Shown one piece after another: positions 12,961 through 24,850 of a DNA stretch of 64,000 bases. Every line of letters starts with the position of its first letter. The first letter of the stretch is position 1. The notes beneath the pieces were generated by a model. The model worked only from the letters and a program-made list of their open reading frames with translations. It was not told the origin of the DNA and did not search any database. This stretch comes from Mobula birostris (lineage: Eukaryota). The DNA lies in the NCBI RefSeq assembly GCF_030028105.1, contig NC_092383.1:94641712-94705711 (forward strand), in the 5' to 3' direction. The translations under genes and the position numbers were made by a program.

Positions 12961-15900
12961 TGCCAGCAGTTTCCTCCAAGATCAGATCTCTGCACAGTCC
13001 ACGAACACTACCTTGCTATTCCTTGTTGCACTATTTGCTTTAAACAATTTATGACACATTTATGCCTTTACACTGTCCTGTTGCCACAAAACAATTTTCC
13101 CTTAATTTCAGTCAGTGATAATAAATCTTAATGTAATATAACATTACAATTGCAAGGCAATAGGTATCTGTAACCAGAGTCTAAAACATTCTCCCCTGAC
13201 ATGCAAAGGCACAAGGATCACGACATCCTCACCACCAGCACATAAATAAGACCATAAGATATAGCAGCAGAATTAGGCCATTTGGCCCATCGAGTCTGCT
13301 CCACCATTTCATCAATCTACCTTCCCTCTCGGCCCCAATCTCATGCCTTCTCCAGCATTATCAGGGATACATCTCACCCTAACCATGGACTTTTTACTCT
13401 CCTTCCATCCGGTAGGCGCTACAGGAGCCTCCGCTCCCGCACCAGCAGGCACAGGAAGAGCTTCTTCCCTGAGGTTGTGACACTGCTGAACCTCTCATCA
13501 CAGCGCTAAGCAGTATTGCACCCATATTGTACTGTCTCAGTACTTTTATATTTGTGTGCTGTAGCACTTACTTTTTATTCGCACTTATTTTGTAAATAAC
13601 ACTATTCTTTGCATTTCTGGTCAGATGCTAAATGCATTTCATTGGCTTTGTATCTGCACTCGGCACAATGACAATAAAGTTGAGTCTAGTAACTCCACGT
13701 GCCCCGACTAATCAAGAATCTATCAACCTCTTTAAATATTTAAATTTAGCCTCCACAGCCTCCCGTAGCACTGAATTCCACAGATTCACCATTCTGTCAT
13801 GGCCATTCATCAGGTCAGAGTTGGGGAGATAATAGCTCACTTCCTGACCATCCCATAGCTTCTCTTCCACCAACAAGGCACCTCAAGACATACACCCATG
13901 GTTGATTTATTTTCCCTCTCAATCCCATTTTCCTGCCTGCTCCCTGCAACCTTGACACCCTTAATAATCAAGAACCTATCAACTTCCACTTCAAATATAC
14001 CCAATGACCAGCCCCGCCCCCATCACCTCTGGAAATGAATTCCACAGATTCACCGCCTCTGACTGAAAAATCCTCCCCACCTCTGCACTGAAGAAACCAC
14101 CCTTGTATTCTGAGGCTGTGCCTTTTAATCCTAGACTCTCTCACTATTGGAAATATCCTCTCCACATCCACTCTGTCTAGGCACAAATCGGGAGGTGGGG
14201 GCACATGTAAGAAGGGATGCACTGGTCCAGAGGCAGTTCATGAGAACGATCCCAGGAATGAAAAGGCTAATGTATGAAGATCATTTGGTGGAGTTAAGAA
14301 AAATGAGGAGTAATCTCATAGAACCATATTGATATTGAAAGGCCTATGCAGAATGGACATGGAGAGGGTATTTCTAACAGTGAGGGTATTAGAGTGATTT
14401 TTGGGTTTACATGTACATTTAGCAAATGACTTCAGCCTTCAGGTCTGACTACAAATTGTGGGTTTAATTTGGAGTGCAGCTCTGAATGCTGGGTTCCAAA
14501 AAGCCATGAATCCCGGACCAGACAACGCTGATTAAAATTCACTTGGACATTTGTGGGTGTGAATTGGGATGTGTGAAATTTGTGTAAATATGGAATTGTC
14601 CTTTGATGTTTGGCACATAAAATATCAAGCCCCACGTTGGGCTGGCCAGACCCTTTAACCAAAATCGTTTTTGTATTATGCCTGCTGTATCTTGTTCTGT
14701 TGAATAAAGAAGCTGCTTCATATCTGCCAGTAGCTACATTCTCTGGTAGTTACATTCACACAGCAAGGGAGTCTAGGACCAGAGGGCACAGCCTTAGAAT
14801 ACAAGGATGGTTCATTTAGAACAGAGATGAGGAGGAATTTCTTAAGACAGAGGATGGTGAATCTGTGGAATTCACTGCAACACACAACTGTGGAGGCCAG
14901 GTCATTGGGAATATTTAAAGTGAAAGTTGATTAAATTCTTGATTAGTCAGGTTGTCCAAGTTACAGGCAGGTCAATGGGGTTGAGAGGGATAATAAATCA
15001 GCCTTAATGGAATGGCAGAGTAGACTTTATGGGCGGCAAGGGTTAATTCTGCTATGCCTTATGGATCAATAGTCCTTGATGAGGTCCATAGTAAACAGTT
15101 GTAATACACAGAACTCTGCTCTATTGGTAGCACCCCAGGACACACCGCAAGACAAATAAACCAACATTACAGGCTTCCGGCACATCAGCTCAGTAAAAGA
15201 CACATTCTAGTTTGTCTGAAGCGTAAGGAGATGACCACAAGGGAATGCCGATGGCTGGCTGGCTGGCACATTCCAAGAGGGAGGAGTACGCACTGAAGGA
15301 TGCAGCCAAGCCCGGTGTAACCATTGCAAAGGCTCTGTGGGGAAGGAGCCGGAGGACAGTCTAAGATCCTGCAGCCACTGGACACTGAGAATCTGGGCCC
15401 TGCACAACAACCTCTCAAACACTAAGTGTATTGTTTAAGGAATACAGGTTGCGTGGTGCTGGCTCACTGTAAGAGCACATTATGGACTGACGGTGCAACA
15501 ACTGTCGAGAAAGTAGTGTGTTAACATTTATACTGCACATATTATAAAGGAAGTATAATTTTGAAATACAAACTCCTGGCCTTGCCAGCAACACCCACAT
15601 CCTGAAAAATTAATTCTGACAGATGGGGTTTAATTAAATGTGCGTGGATCTTAAAGAGCTTCAAAATAGGGTTGCAACAGCTCATTTTGGCTCACATTTG
15701 ACAAATCTTGTCCATTACAAAATGCAAGTGGTCCAGTGGAATCTGTGTGTAGTTTTTCATTGATTCCTCTGTATTTCTCCATTCTACTATGAATCTCTTC
15801 AAGAAAATGAACCACAAGATAGTATATGGCGACATATACATACACTGATAATATATTCACTTTGAACCTTTGAGTCATTTCAATCACGTGCATGACACAT

Positions 15901-16124
15901 TTTGCAGATTCTATTTCACAAAACCATCAGTAAAGTATCAGAGACACCACCTTTAGATTCCTCTGGTTAATCACATACCCTCAGGCAGAGTGTTACTGAA
16001 CAATTCTGGATCAGAGAACCACTGAAGAGCTCAAACCCCACCCACAATTCAAATTCTATTAAATAAATCTACAACCAGAGTTGAAGTTGTATAATTCCTT
16101 GCCAAAATATCATTCTGTCTAGTA

Positions 16125-16720
16125 CCATCGACCTGCATCAAGACCATAGTCCTTCATACACCTCCCATCTAATTACCTATCTACATTTCTCTAAAATGTT
16201 GAAATTGAACTCACATTCGCCACATCTACTGGCAACTCATTGCACACTCACACCACCCTCTAAGTGAAGAAGCTCCCCTTCATGTTTCCCATAAAAATTT
16301 CACCTTTCACCCACAAACTCTAGTTCTAGTCTCACCCAACCTCAGTAGAAAAAGTCTGCTTGTACTTACCCTGTCTATACACTTCATTATTTTGTATACG
16401 TCTACAAATCTCCGCTCATTCCCCGAATAAAGTCCTAACCAATTCAACCTTTCCCTGTAACTCAGTTCCTCAAATCCCAGCACCATCCTTGTAAATGTTC
16501 CCTGCGTTCATTCAAGCTTGTTGGTACCTTTCCTGTAGTTAGGTGGTCAGAAATGCACATAATACTCCAAATTAGGCTCACCAACATCTTATACAACTTA
16601 AACATAATATCCCACCTCATGTACTCAAAACTTTGATTTATGAAGGTCAATATGCCAGAAGTTCTCTTTACAGCCCCATCTACGTGTGACACCACTTTCA
16701 AGGAATTATGGATTTACATC
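16125..16720 (-). mobile_element. CR1 LINE 3' fragment (degenerate)
   Basis: Homologous to the 35316-36010 CR1 copy; remnant 'KLYKMLV' motif. Confidence 0.65.
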
Positions 16721-17229
16721 CCCCATTGCCTTTTTTTTCATCAACTTTCCATGCAACTTCTTAGAAAAATTCCAAAAGAATGGTTCCTTTGGTATCTGGG
16801 ATATGTCCCATCAAGTCATGGGGACTTAGCCAACTTAATACTTTTCAAAACACTCAACACCATTACTTTCTCCTTTTTCATATCAACATGCCCCACAACA
16901 TTAACATACGACCGTAAGACAGAGGGTTAGAATTAGGCCATTCAGCCCATCAAGTCTGCTGCACCATTCCATCATGGCTGATTTATTATTCCTCTCAACC
17001 TCATTCTCCTGTCTTCTCCAGAAAACCTTTAATGCCTTAACTAATCAAGAACCTATCATTTATGTATACCTACCCAATGACTTGGCCTCCACCGCCGTCC
17101 ATTGCAATGAATTCCACAAATTCAGTACCCTCCTCATTTGTTCTAGACAGCTGCCTCTCTATTCCGAGGCTGTGCTCTCTGGTCCTAGACTCCTCCACTA
17201 TTGGAAACACCTTAGCCAAGCTTTCAACA

Positions 17230-18500
17230 GATAGCTACTTTATTGGCCCCAAAGGAAATTACAGTGTCACAGTTGCATTACAAATGCACAGATATGCAAA
17301 CGTTAGAAGAGAAAAAAGTAAGAATAAAAAATAAGTTAACTCGAACAGTCTAACAGGACAGGGGAGGGGGTCATCACTTCCCTGGCTATTGGTTGACTCA
17401 TTATAGAGCCTAATGGCCAAGGGTAAGAATGACCTCATATCGCGCTCTTTGGAGCAGCACAGTTGTCTTAGTCTATTACTAAAAGTGCTCCTCCTTTCAA
17501 CCATGGTGGCATGAACAGGGTGAGAAACACTGTCCAGCATTGCCAGGATTTTCCATAGGGTCCTTTGTTCTACAACAGCCTCCAGTGTGCCCAGTTTGAC
17601 CCCTATAATAGAGCTTACCTTTCTACTCAGTTTATTGAGCCTGTTGGCATTACTCGTGTTGATGCCGTTGCCTTGGCACACCACCACATAGAAGATTGCA
17701 TTGGTGACAGCAGACTGGTAGAACATGTGAAGGAGAGGCCTACATACTCTTAAGGACCTTATTCTCCTCAGGAAGTAGAGGTGAATCTGACCCTTCTTGT
17801 ACTCAGTCTCTGTGTTGGTGCTCCACTCAAGTCTGTCATCCAGGTGCACCCCCAGGTACCTGTAGGTCCTCAACACACCCACGTCCTCACCATCAGTCTT
17901 CCTGAAGTCCATCACCATCTCCTTTGTCTTACTAATGTTGAGCTGCAGATGATTTTGCTTACACCATTTGACAAAGTCCTCCACTAGGGCCCTATATTCA
18001 TCCTCCCATCCTCCCCTTATACACTCAACCATTGCTGAGTCATCGGAGAATCTGTGTGGATGGCATGACTCAGTGTTGTATCTAAAGTCCGAGGTATGCA
18101 GGCTAAATAGAAAGGGAGACAATACATTTCCCTGTGGGGCCCCAGTGCTGCTTATAACCACGTCTAACACAGAGCTCTGATACTGCACAAACTGTGGTCT
18201 GCCAATCAGGTCGCCCATTATCCAGGGTTCAATGGAAGTGCCAACCTGCATTCCCCAGCAATGAGGTTTGTATGGTATTGAAGGCACTTGAGAAATCAAA
18301 AAAAAATATGGTCCTCACAGTGCTGCCCTGTTTATCCAAATGGGAATAGGATATCTGCTGAGCAAGTACATCACAGCACCATTAACCCCAATGTGCTCCT
18401 GGTAGGCAAACTGCAGTGGATCAGGGGCTGATCTGACCAGGGGTCAGAGGTGAGCTAAGACCAGCCTTTCTAGGGTCTTCATGATAAATGATGTAGGAGG
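17230..18500 (-). mobile_element. Rex1/Babar-clade LINE, RT domain and 3' end
   Basis: ORF 17259..18299 (346 aa) has GAPQGNVLSPFLFSLHT, FSDD, LNISKTKEMVMDFRK and YLGVHLDDRLEWS. Confidence 0.85.
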
Positions 18501-20287
18501 TCAGGGCGGCCGGACTATAGGCATTCAAGGCTTTTGGTTGGCCCTTCCTGGGCGCTGAGAACCCAAGGAGGGCCAACTGAAAATTCGGAGGATTTTAATG
18601 AGATCCCCCTCGTTTTTCTTAAACCAGCAACACGCCTCATAGTTAACCCTTTCATTCCCTGGATCATTCTAATAGATCTCCACTGGACCATCTCCAACGC
18701 CAGCATGTCCTTTCTTATGTCTCCTCTGACCCTTGGAGAATATCAATGCTCATTAAGGACCCCACCCTTACAGGAATGCCCTTCCTTGTCCCTGGCTGGA
18801 CCTACTCCTGTCTTCTCTACCTTCCTGCTCCTATGATATCCTCTTTTATCCTCGCCGACAAAGATATTTCATGGTCCGTTTTAGCACCCCCCCAACCCTT
18901 CCTGCGTCCTTTCTGTTCCCAGCTTCCCAATCCTTCCTCTTTCTTTTTGACTAAACCTACAACGTGTTTTTAAAGATTTAAGCTTGCCCAGTAAATTGCT
19001 CATTAAACACCGCAAACAAAATGTCGACTAGGCTAGGCTGCAAGGAGAAATTGCAAAATTCAATGCAATTTTAATAAAAGACTCGAAGTATATTCTTGTT
19101 CAACAGTCAGAAATAGTATTTTGAATAGCTAACGGTGGTTTTAACATTCAAAGTTCAAAAATGTTGTATTTTTAAAAGAAAAATAGCAAGGAAATGAATC
19201 CGATTTAAAAGAGGGACCTGAGGTGAAATTTTTTCACGCAGAGTGTGGTGCACAAACGATGCGTACCCGAGTCGTTAGAGAACTGAGGCGGGTCATTTAC
19301 AACATTTTAAAAGCATTCGGACAGGTAACACACACAATTATGGAGAAACTCAGCAGGCCAGGCAGCGTCTACGGGAAGAAAATAAACAGTCGACGTTCTC
19401 GGCCCGAAACGTCGATTGTTTACTCTTTTCCATTGTTGATGCTGTCTGACCTGCTGAGTTCCTCCAGCAATTTTGCGTGTGTTACTTTGGATTTCCAGCA
19501 TCTGCAGATTTTCTCGTTTTTGTGATTTGGACAGGTAGATGGATAGGTTTTAGGGGAATTTGGGCCAAACGGAGGCAGATGGGACCAGCTTTGACAGACA
19601 CATTGATCGGCAACAACACGTTGCGCCGAAGGATCTTTTTCGAACTGACCCTAATTTGAAAAATCCTGAACGCACCTAAACCTCCTTCAGTCAGTAGTAA
19701 CAAGACCTATCCGGGCACAAGTGGGATTTTCTGCTGGGAGCTGCTCGCTATTACACCTGCCTTCCAGCGTGAGCACACACTCCGCGGGCAGGGCAGCAGC
19801 CGACAGCGGGAAGAGGGGAATGTACCGGGCCGGTCTGGCCCGTCACCCCAGGTACACTACAGATGATTTCAGGTGGGGACGCGGTCTGGTAGAGGGCGAG
19901 CCCTCGCATCGGCTGATGCTATTGACTCAAGCCGTCGCCCATCAGATCGCGCACACCCGAGGCTATCCGCGGAACCAGTTTACCGACCCTCAATCCTGCA
20001 GCCTGCTGCGTGTCTGGGAACCCCCATGTCAGTCTCGGAGAGACTCCATCAGAAAGTCCAAACAGTTGAGCAAGACCTTAACAGCTCCGACAATCCGCTG
20101 GACGGGACCAGGTCAAGGATCCCAACCTGCCCGGTCCGCAAGGTCTGAAGGTCGGTGTGAGCCGCCAGATCGTCACCCATCTTTACTTGGGATAGTCTGG
20201 TTCCGTTCCCTGACGGTCCGCCTTTTGCTATCGCAATCCTTCAATTTACATCCAGCGACTCTGGCCCCGTAACCCTTTCCCGCAATC

Positions 20288-20649
20288 CTTCCTGCCCCTG
20301 TTCCGATCGGGCAACCTCTCCTGTCCCTGTTCCGATCGGGCACCCTCTCCTGCCCCTGCTCAGATCGGGCACCCTCTCCTGCTCCTGCTCCGATCGGGCA
20401 CCCTCTCCTGCACCTGTTCCGATCGGGCACCAACACTCTCCTGCCCCTGTTCCGATCGGGCACCCTTTCCTGCCCCTGTCCGATCCGGCAATCTCTCCTG
20501 CCCCTGCTCCGATCGGGCACCCTCTCCTGCCCCTGTTCCGATCGGGCACCCTCTCCTGCTCCTGCTCCGATCGGGCACCCTCTCCTGCCCCTGTTCCGAT
20601 CGGGCACCCTCTCCTGCCCCTGTTCCAATCGGGCACCCTCTCCTGCCCC
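20288..20649. repeat. 29-bp CpG-rich minisatellite, ~12 copies (CTCCTGCCCCTGTTCCGATCGGGCACCCT)
   Basis: Directly visible tandem array. The spanning ORFs repeat every 29 aa (3 x 29 nt). Confidence 0.95.
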
Positions 20650-20894
20650 CGGCTCACTCCCACACCCCACATCCCCTGTTACCTCTGTTCACCTCCCACA
20701 CTTCGCACCTTTGATTCCCCTCCGAGTTTGTCCCAGTCCCTCTATGTCTTCGCTCGCTTCCAGTCTGTCACCTTGTCCTTTTTCCTCACCTATTTCAATG
20801 TCCCTCCCCCAGCCCTTCTCGAATAGGGACTCAGATCCCTCACCTCCGACCTGCACCGCCTGGGCGCCCTACCGACACTAATTCAGCGACTCAC

Positions 20895-20945
20895 CTGCGA
20901 CTCCGACCCCGCGCACACACCACACGGTCTCTCTCGCTTTCTCCC
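20895..20945 (-). other. Probable non-coding exon 1 of the minus-strand gene
   Basis: Lies ~25-30 nt downstream of TATAAA (20972-20967) and ends at a consensus donor GCAG|GTGAGT (intron begins 20894), within a CpG island. Confidence 0.65.
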
Positions 20946-21180
20946 GCCCGCCCCGCTCCCACTCCCTTTATAGGTTTGGATACGCCCGCTCCATCCCAGC
21001 CAATCAGCTTTCACATACCTGCAACAGACCAATCAGCTCCTCGTCCTTCTTCACAACAAACCAATCAGATAGCGAGTCTCTTACCTGTTGCCTTGACAGA
21101 ATCCACCCCCAAACAGGTGTGGGCACCCTCCCCTCAGCCAATCAGATGGACCTATATCTTTCCCATTGCTCCTATTGGTG
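20942..21180 (-). promoter_or_regulatory. Pol II promoter: TATA box, GC box and five CCAAT (NF-Y) boxes
   Basis: TATAAA on the minus strand at 20967-20972; GC box ~20942-20954; CCAATCAG at 21000, 21029, 21061 and 21138; ATTGG at 21174. Confidence 0.8.
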
Positions 21181-23434
21181 AAGATGAAGCCACGCCCGAT
21201 TCTACCCTGCGGAGCTCTCCATTCAGCGTGTAAAAGGGCTCCCGGGGTTTCCGGAGCTTCGATGGGTATAACCGGGATCACCCGGGGAGAGGCATTGCGG
21301 AGGCTGGGACGGGCGGACCCTGTCCTGTCACAAGCAGGGAATCTGCTGAATGTGGGACGGTCTCGTATCAAAGATCATAAGACACAGGAGCAGAATTAGG
21401 CCATTCAGCCCATCGAGTCTGCTCCACAAAAGAACCACACAGGCCATTCATACATTATGACAGTACTACCCAGGAACGGGTGTAGTGTGGATGAACAAAG
21501 TGCTGCAGGAACTCAGATTCATTTATCCCATGTACATTGAAATGCTTTGATTCTGTTAACAATAACACATCTAAGTATGTGCTGGGGACAGCCCACAAAT
21601 GTCGCCACACATTCCTGGCCCACAATGTTCAGCAGAATAATACAAGCAGCCAAAACAAAACAAGATACCGACAGTAAAACAAACCCCTTTCCCATCACTC
21701 ACACCCTCCCCTCTCCCCCCATCCACTCACACATCTAGACAGGCCTTCAACTCCAGGGCAGGCCACCCCTGGGCCTCTAGTCCTTAGCCCTGGACTCGTA
21801 GACATCAGCTTCCAACTTCAGACTTCTGTGGGCGAGGAGCGATAGAGCAGGGTCCACACCAAATGGCAACTGTCCAATCTCCTCCACAGATACTTGTCAG
21901 CTCCCTTGTTCATGGACCAGGGTTCTTTGAGGATCATCCATGTCCTGTTTAAATGTGATGAGGGTCTTTGTCTATGCCAGGAACAGAAGAAAGTCTGAAG
22001 ATACTGGAAATCCAAAGCAACACACACAGAATGCTGGAGGAACTCAACAGGTCAGGCAGCGTCTATGGAAAGGAATAAACATTCGACATTTTGATCTGAG
22101 ACCCTTCTTCAGGACTGGAAAGGAAGGGGGAAGACACTATAATAAAAAGGTGTGGGGGAGGAAGTGGAAGGATGTTAACTAGAAGCTGAGAGGTGAACCT
22201 AGTTGGGTGGGAAAGATAAAAGATTAGAGCGGAAGGAATCTGATAGGAAAGGAGATTAGACCATAGGAGAAAGAGAAGGAGGAGGGGACCCAGGGAAAGG
22301 TGATAGGTAGATGAGAAGAGGTAAGAGGCCAGAGTGGGGAAAAGAAGAGGGGAAGGTGAGGGAAATATTAAAAATATAACTGTCTACACTATCCTTGCAG
22401 GCAGCAAGTTCCAGATCCACATCACTTGTTTGGTGAAATAATCTTTCCTCTTATAAAGTTGAACCATACAGTGAAATGGTAACCTCTTTGTGGCGGAAGG
22501 TGGGCACCTTATGCTCACCTGATTAGCCTTCTCAATTCTTTTTGCCTGAATCAAATCTCTGCCCAGTTTATCTTGTTCAATCTGGGCAGCCTTTCCCTAT
22601 AACCAATTTTCCAGCACTGGTAACATCTGCATCCTCTCCGGTGAGCTGTATCCTTATCCTAGAGTAACCATAAGACATAGGAGCAGAATTAGGCCTTTCA
22701 GCCCATTGAATCTGCTCTGCTATTTGATCATGGCTGATGTAATATCCCTCAATGCTGTTCAGCCGGTGGTATAGCGACATCAGCACCGAACTTCGGATTT
22801 GAATCTTGCTGGCTCCTTGCACGCTTTCCATCCGTGCTGGGTTGAGCATCGAACTAGCAATTCAGCCTCGAAAAAAAAGACAAAAGTGCTAAAGAAACAT
22901 CAAGGTTTCCACCCAGTGTGCCACAAGGAACAGAGAGGAATAAAAAAAAACAATCCTATTCCCCTGCCTTCTCCCCATAACCTTTGACACCCTTACCAAT
23001 CTCTATTTTAAATATACATGATGACTTGACTTCCACAGTTGTCTGTGGCAATGAATTAATCATCCTCCGGCTAAAGGAATTCCCCCTCATCTCTGTTCTA
23101 AAGGGACGTCTTTCTATTTTGAGGCTGTGCCCTCTGGTTCTAGACCCCCCTACTGTAGGAAACATCCTCTCCACATCCAGTAGGTTTCAATGAGACTCCT
23201 GCCCCCTTTCCCCATTCTTCTAAATTCCAGTGAGTGCAGCCCCAGAGCCGTCAAATGCTCCTCATATGTTGACCCTTTTATTTCCAGCATCCCAGGATCA
23301 TTTTTGTGAACTTCCTCTGGATCCTCTCCAATGCTAGCACATCCTTTCTTAGATAAGGAGCACACATGAGTGGTGGTCATTGATCGAGCTGAAGTTTAAC
23401 CAGTGTTTAACACAAATCTAACACAACTTTCTTG

Positions 23435-24850
23435 TGCAACACACATAAAATCCTGGAGGAACTCAGGTCAGACAGCATTTATGGAAATGAATAAACAGTC
23501 ACCGTTTCAGGCTGAGACCCTTCATCAGGACTGGAAAGGAAGGGATGGATGCTAGAATAAGGTGGGGGGAGGGGAAGGTGTACAAGTTCAAAGGTGACAG
23601 GTGGGTGGAGTAGGGGATGAAGAAGTAAAAATTTGGGAAGTGATAGGTGGAAAGAATGAAGAGCTGGGGAAGGAATCTGGTAGGAGAAGAGTGGACCATG
23701 GGACAAAGGGAAGGTGAATGGGGTCCAGGGGGATGCGAAGGCTAGTGAGAAGAGATAAGAGGGGAGCAAGAAAGGGGAAATAAAGAAGAGGAAAGGGGGA
23801 TGGGGAAAAATTACCAGGTTGGAGAAATCGATGTTCATGCCATTGGGCTGAAAGCTACCTAGACACAACATGAGATGTTGCACCTCCAACCTGAGAGTGA
23901 CCTTATCATGACAGAAGAGGGAGGCTAGGACCAGCCTGATGGAATGAGAATGAGGATTATAATTGAAATGATCTGCCACCTGGAAATCCTTATTTTTGTG
24001 GATGGAGCCAAGGTGCTCACAATGCAGTCGCTCAGTCTATGTCAGGTCTCATCAATGTAGAGGAGGCTGCATCGGGAGCACCGGATACGTGGATGACCCC
24101 AGTAGATTTGCAGGCGAACTCTTGCCTCTCCTGAAAGGACTATTTGGGGTCCTGAATAGAGGAGAGGGAGAAGGTGAATGGGGAAGTATAGCATTTTCAT
24201 CATTTGTACTGATATGTGCCAGAAGGGAAATTAGTGGTGAAAAATGAATGGACAAGGGAATCATGGAGGGAGTGATTCTTGCAGAAAGCAGATAGTGGGG
24301 GGGGGGGGTTGGAGGGGAGAAAAAGATGTTTTTGGTAGTAGGATCCCGTTGAAGATACCTGACGTTGTGGAGAATGGTGTGTTGGATATGGAGGCTTATG
24401 TGGTGGTGGGTGAGGACAACAGGAATTTTATCCCTGTTAAGGTAGGAGGAAGATGGGGTGAGTGTGCATGTTTGGAAAATGGAGGAGATGCAGCTGAGGG
24501 CAGCATCAAATGGTGGCAGAAGAAAATCCTGTTCTTTGAAGAAGGAGGAAATTTCTGATGTCCTGCAAAGGAAAGCCTCATCCTGGAAACAGATGCAGTG
24601 TAGATGAAGGAACTGAGAAAAGGGAATGGCATTTTTTACAAGACACAGGGTGGAAACAGGTATAGTCAAGATAGCACAGAGAACAGCAGGTTTATGAAAG
24701 ACATCGGTGGACAGTTTGTCCCCAGAGGCGGTGACAAGAGAGGTTGGGAAGGGGGAGAGAGGTGTCAGAAATGGACTGAGTAAATTTAAGGGCAGGGCAA
24801 GAGTTGGAGGTAAATTTGATGAAATTGACAAACTCAGCATGAGTCACCAA
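23435..24850 (-). mobile_element. Penelope-like element, older degenerate copy (RT C-terminus + GIY-YIG + terminal repeat)
   Basis: ORF 24052..24840 has 'LSTDVFHKP..KNAIPFSQFL..SSFFKEQ..PVVLTHH' and is colinear with 32552-33919. Confidence 0.85.

Noticed and set aside
15185-15422. Unique GC-richer block as an extra 5' UTR exon
   Set aside because: No convincing donor/acceptor pair was found. It could be regulatory, but this is unsupported.
19721-20272. 183-aa plus-strand ORF
   Set aside because: GTG start, no recognisable domain, and it lies in a GC-rich CpG island where stop codons are rare.
20173-20672. Three repetitive ORFs (165, 143 and 72 aa), or a CRISPR-like array
   Set aside because: They are translation artefacts of the 29-bp minisatellite. 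There are no unique spacers and the context is eukaryotic.
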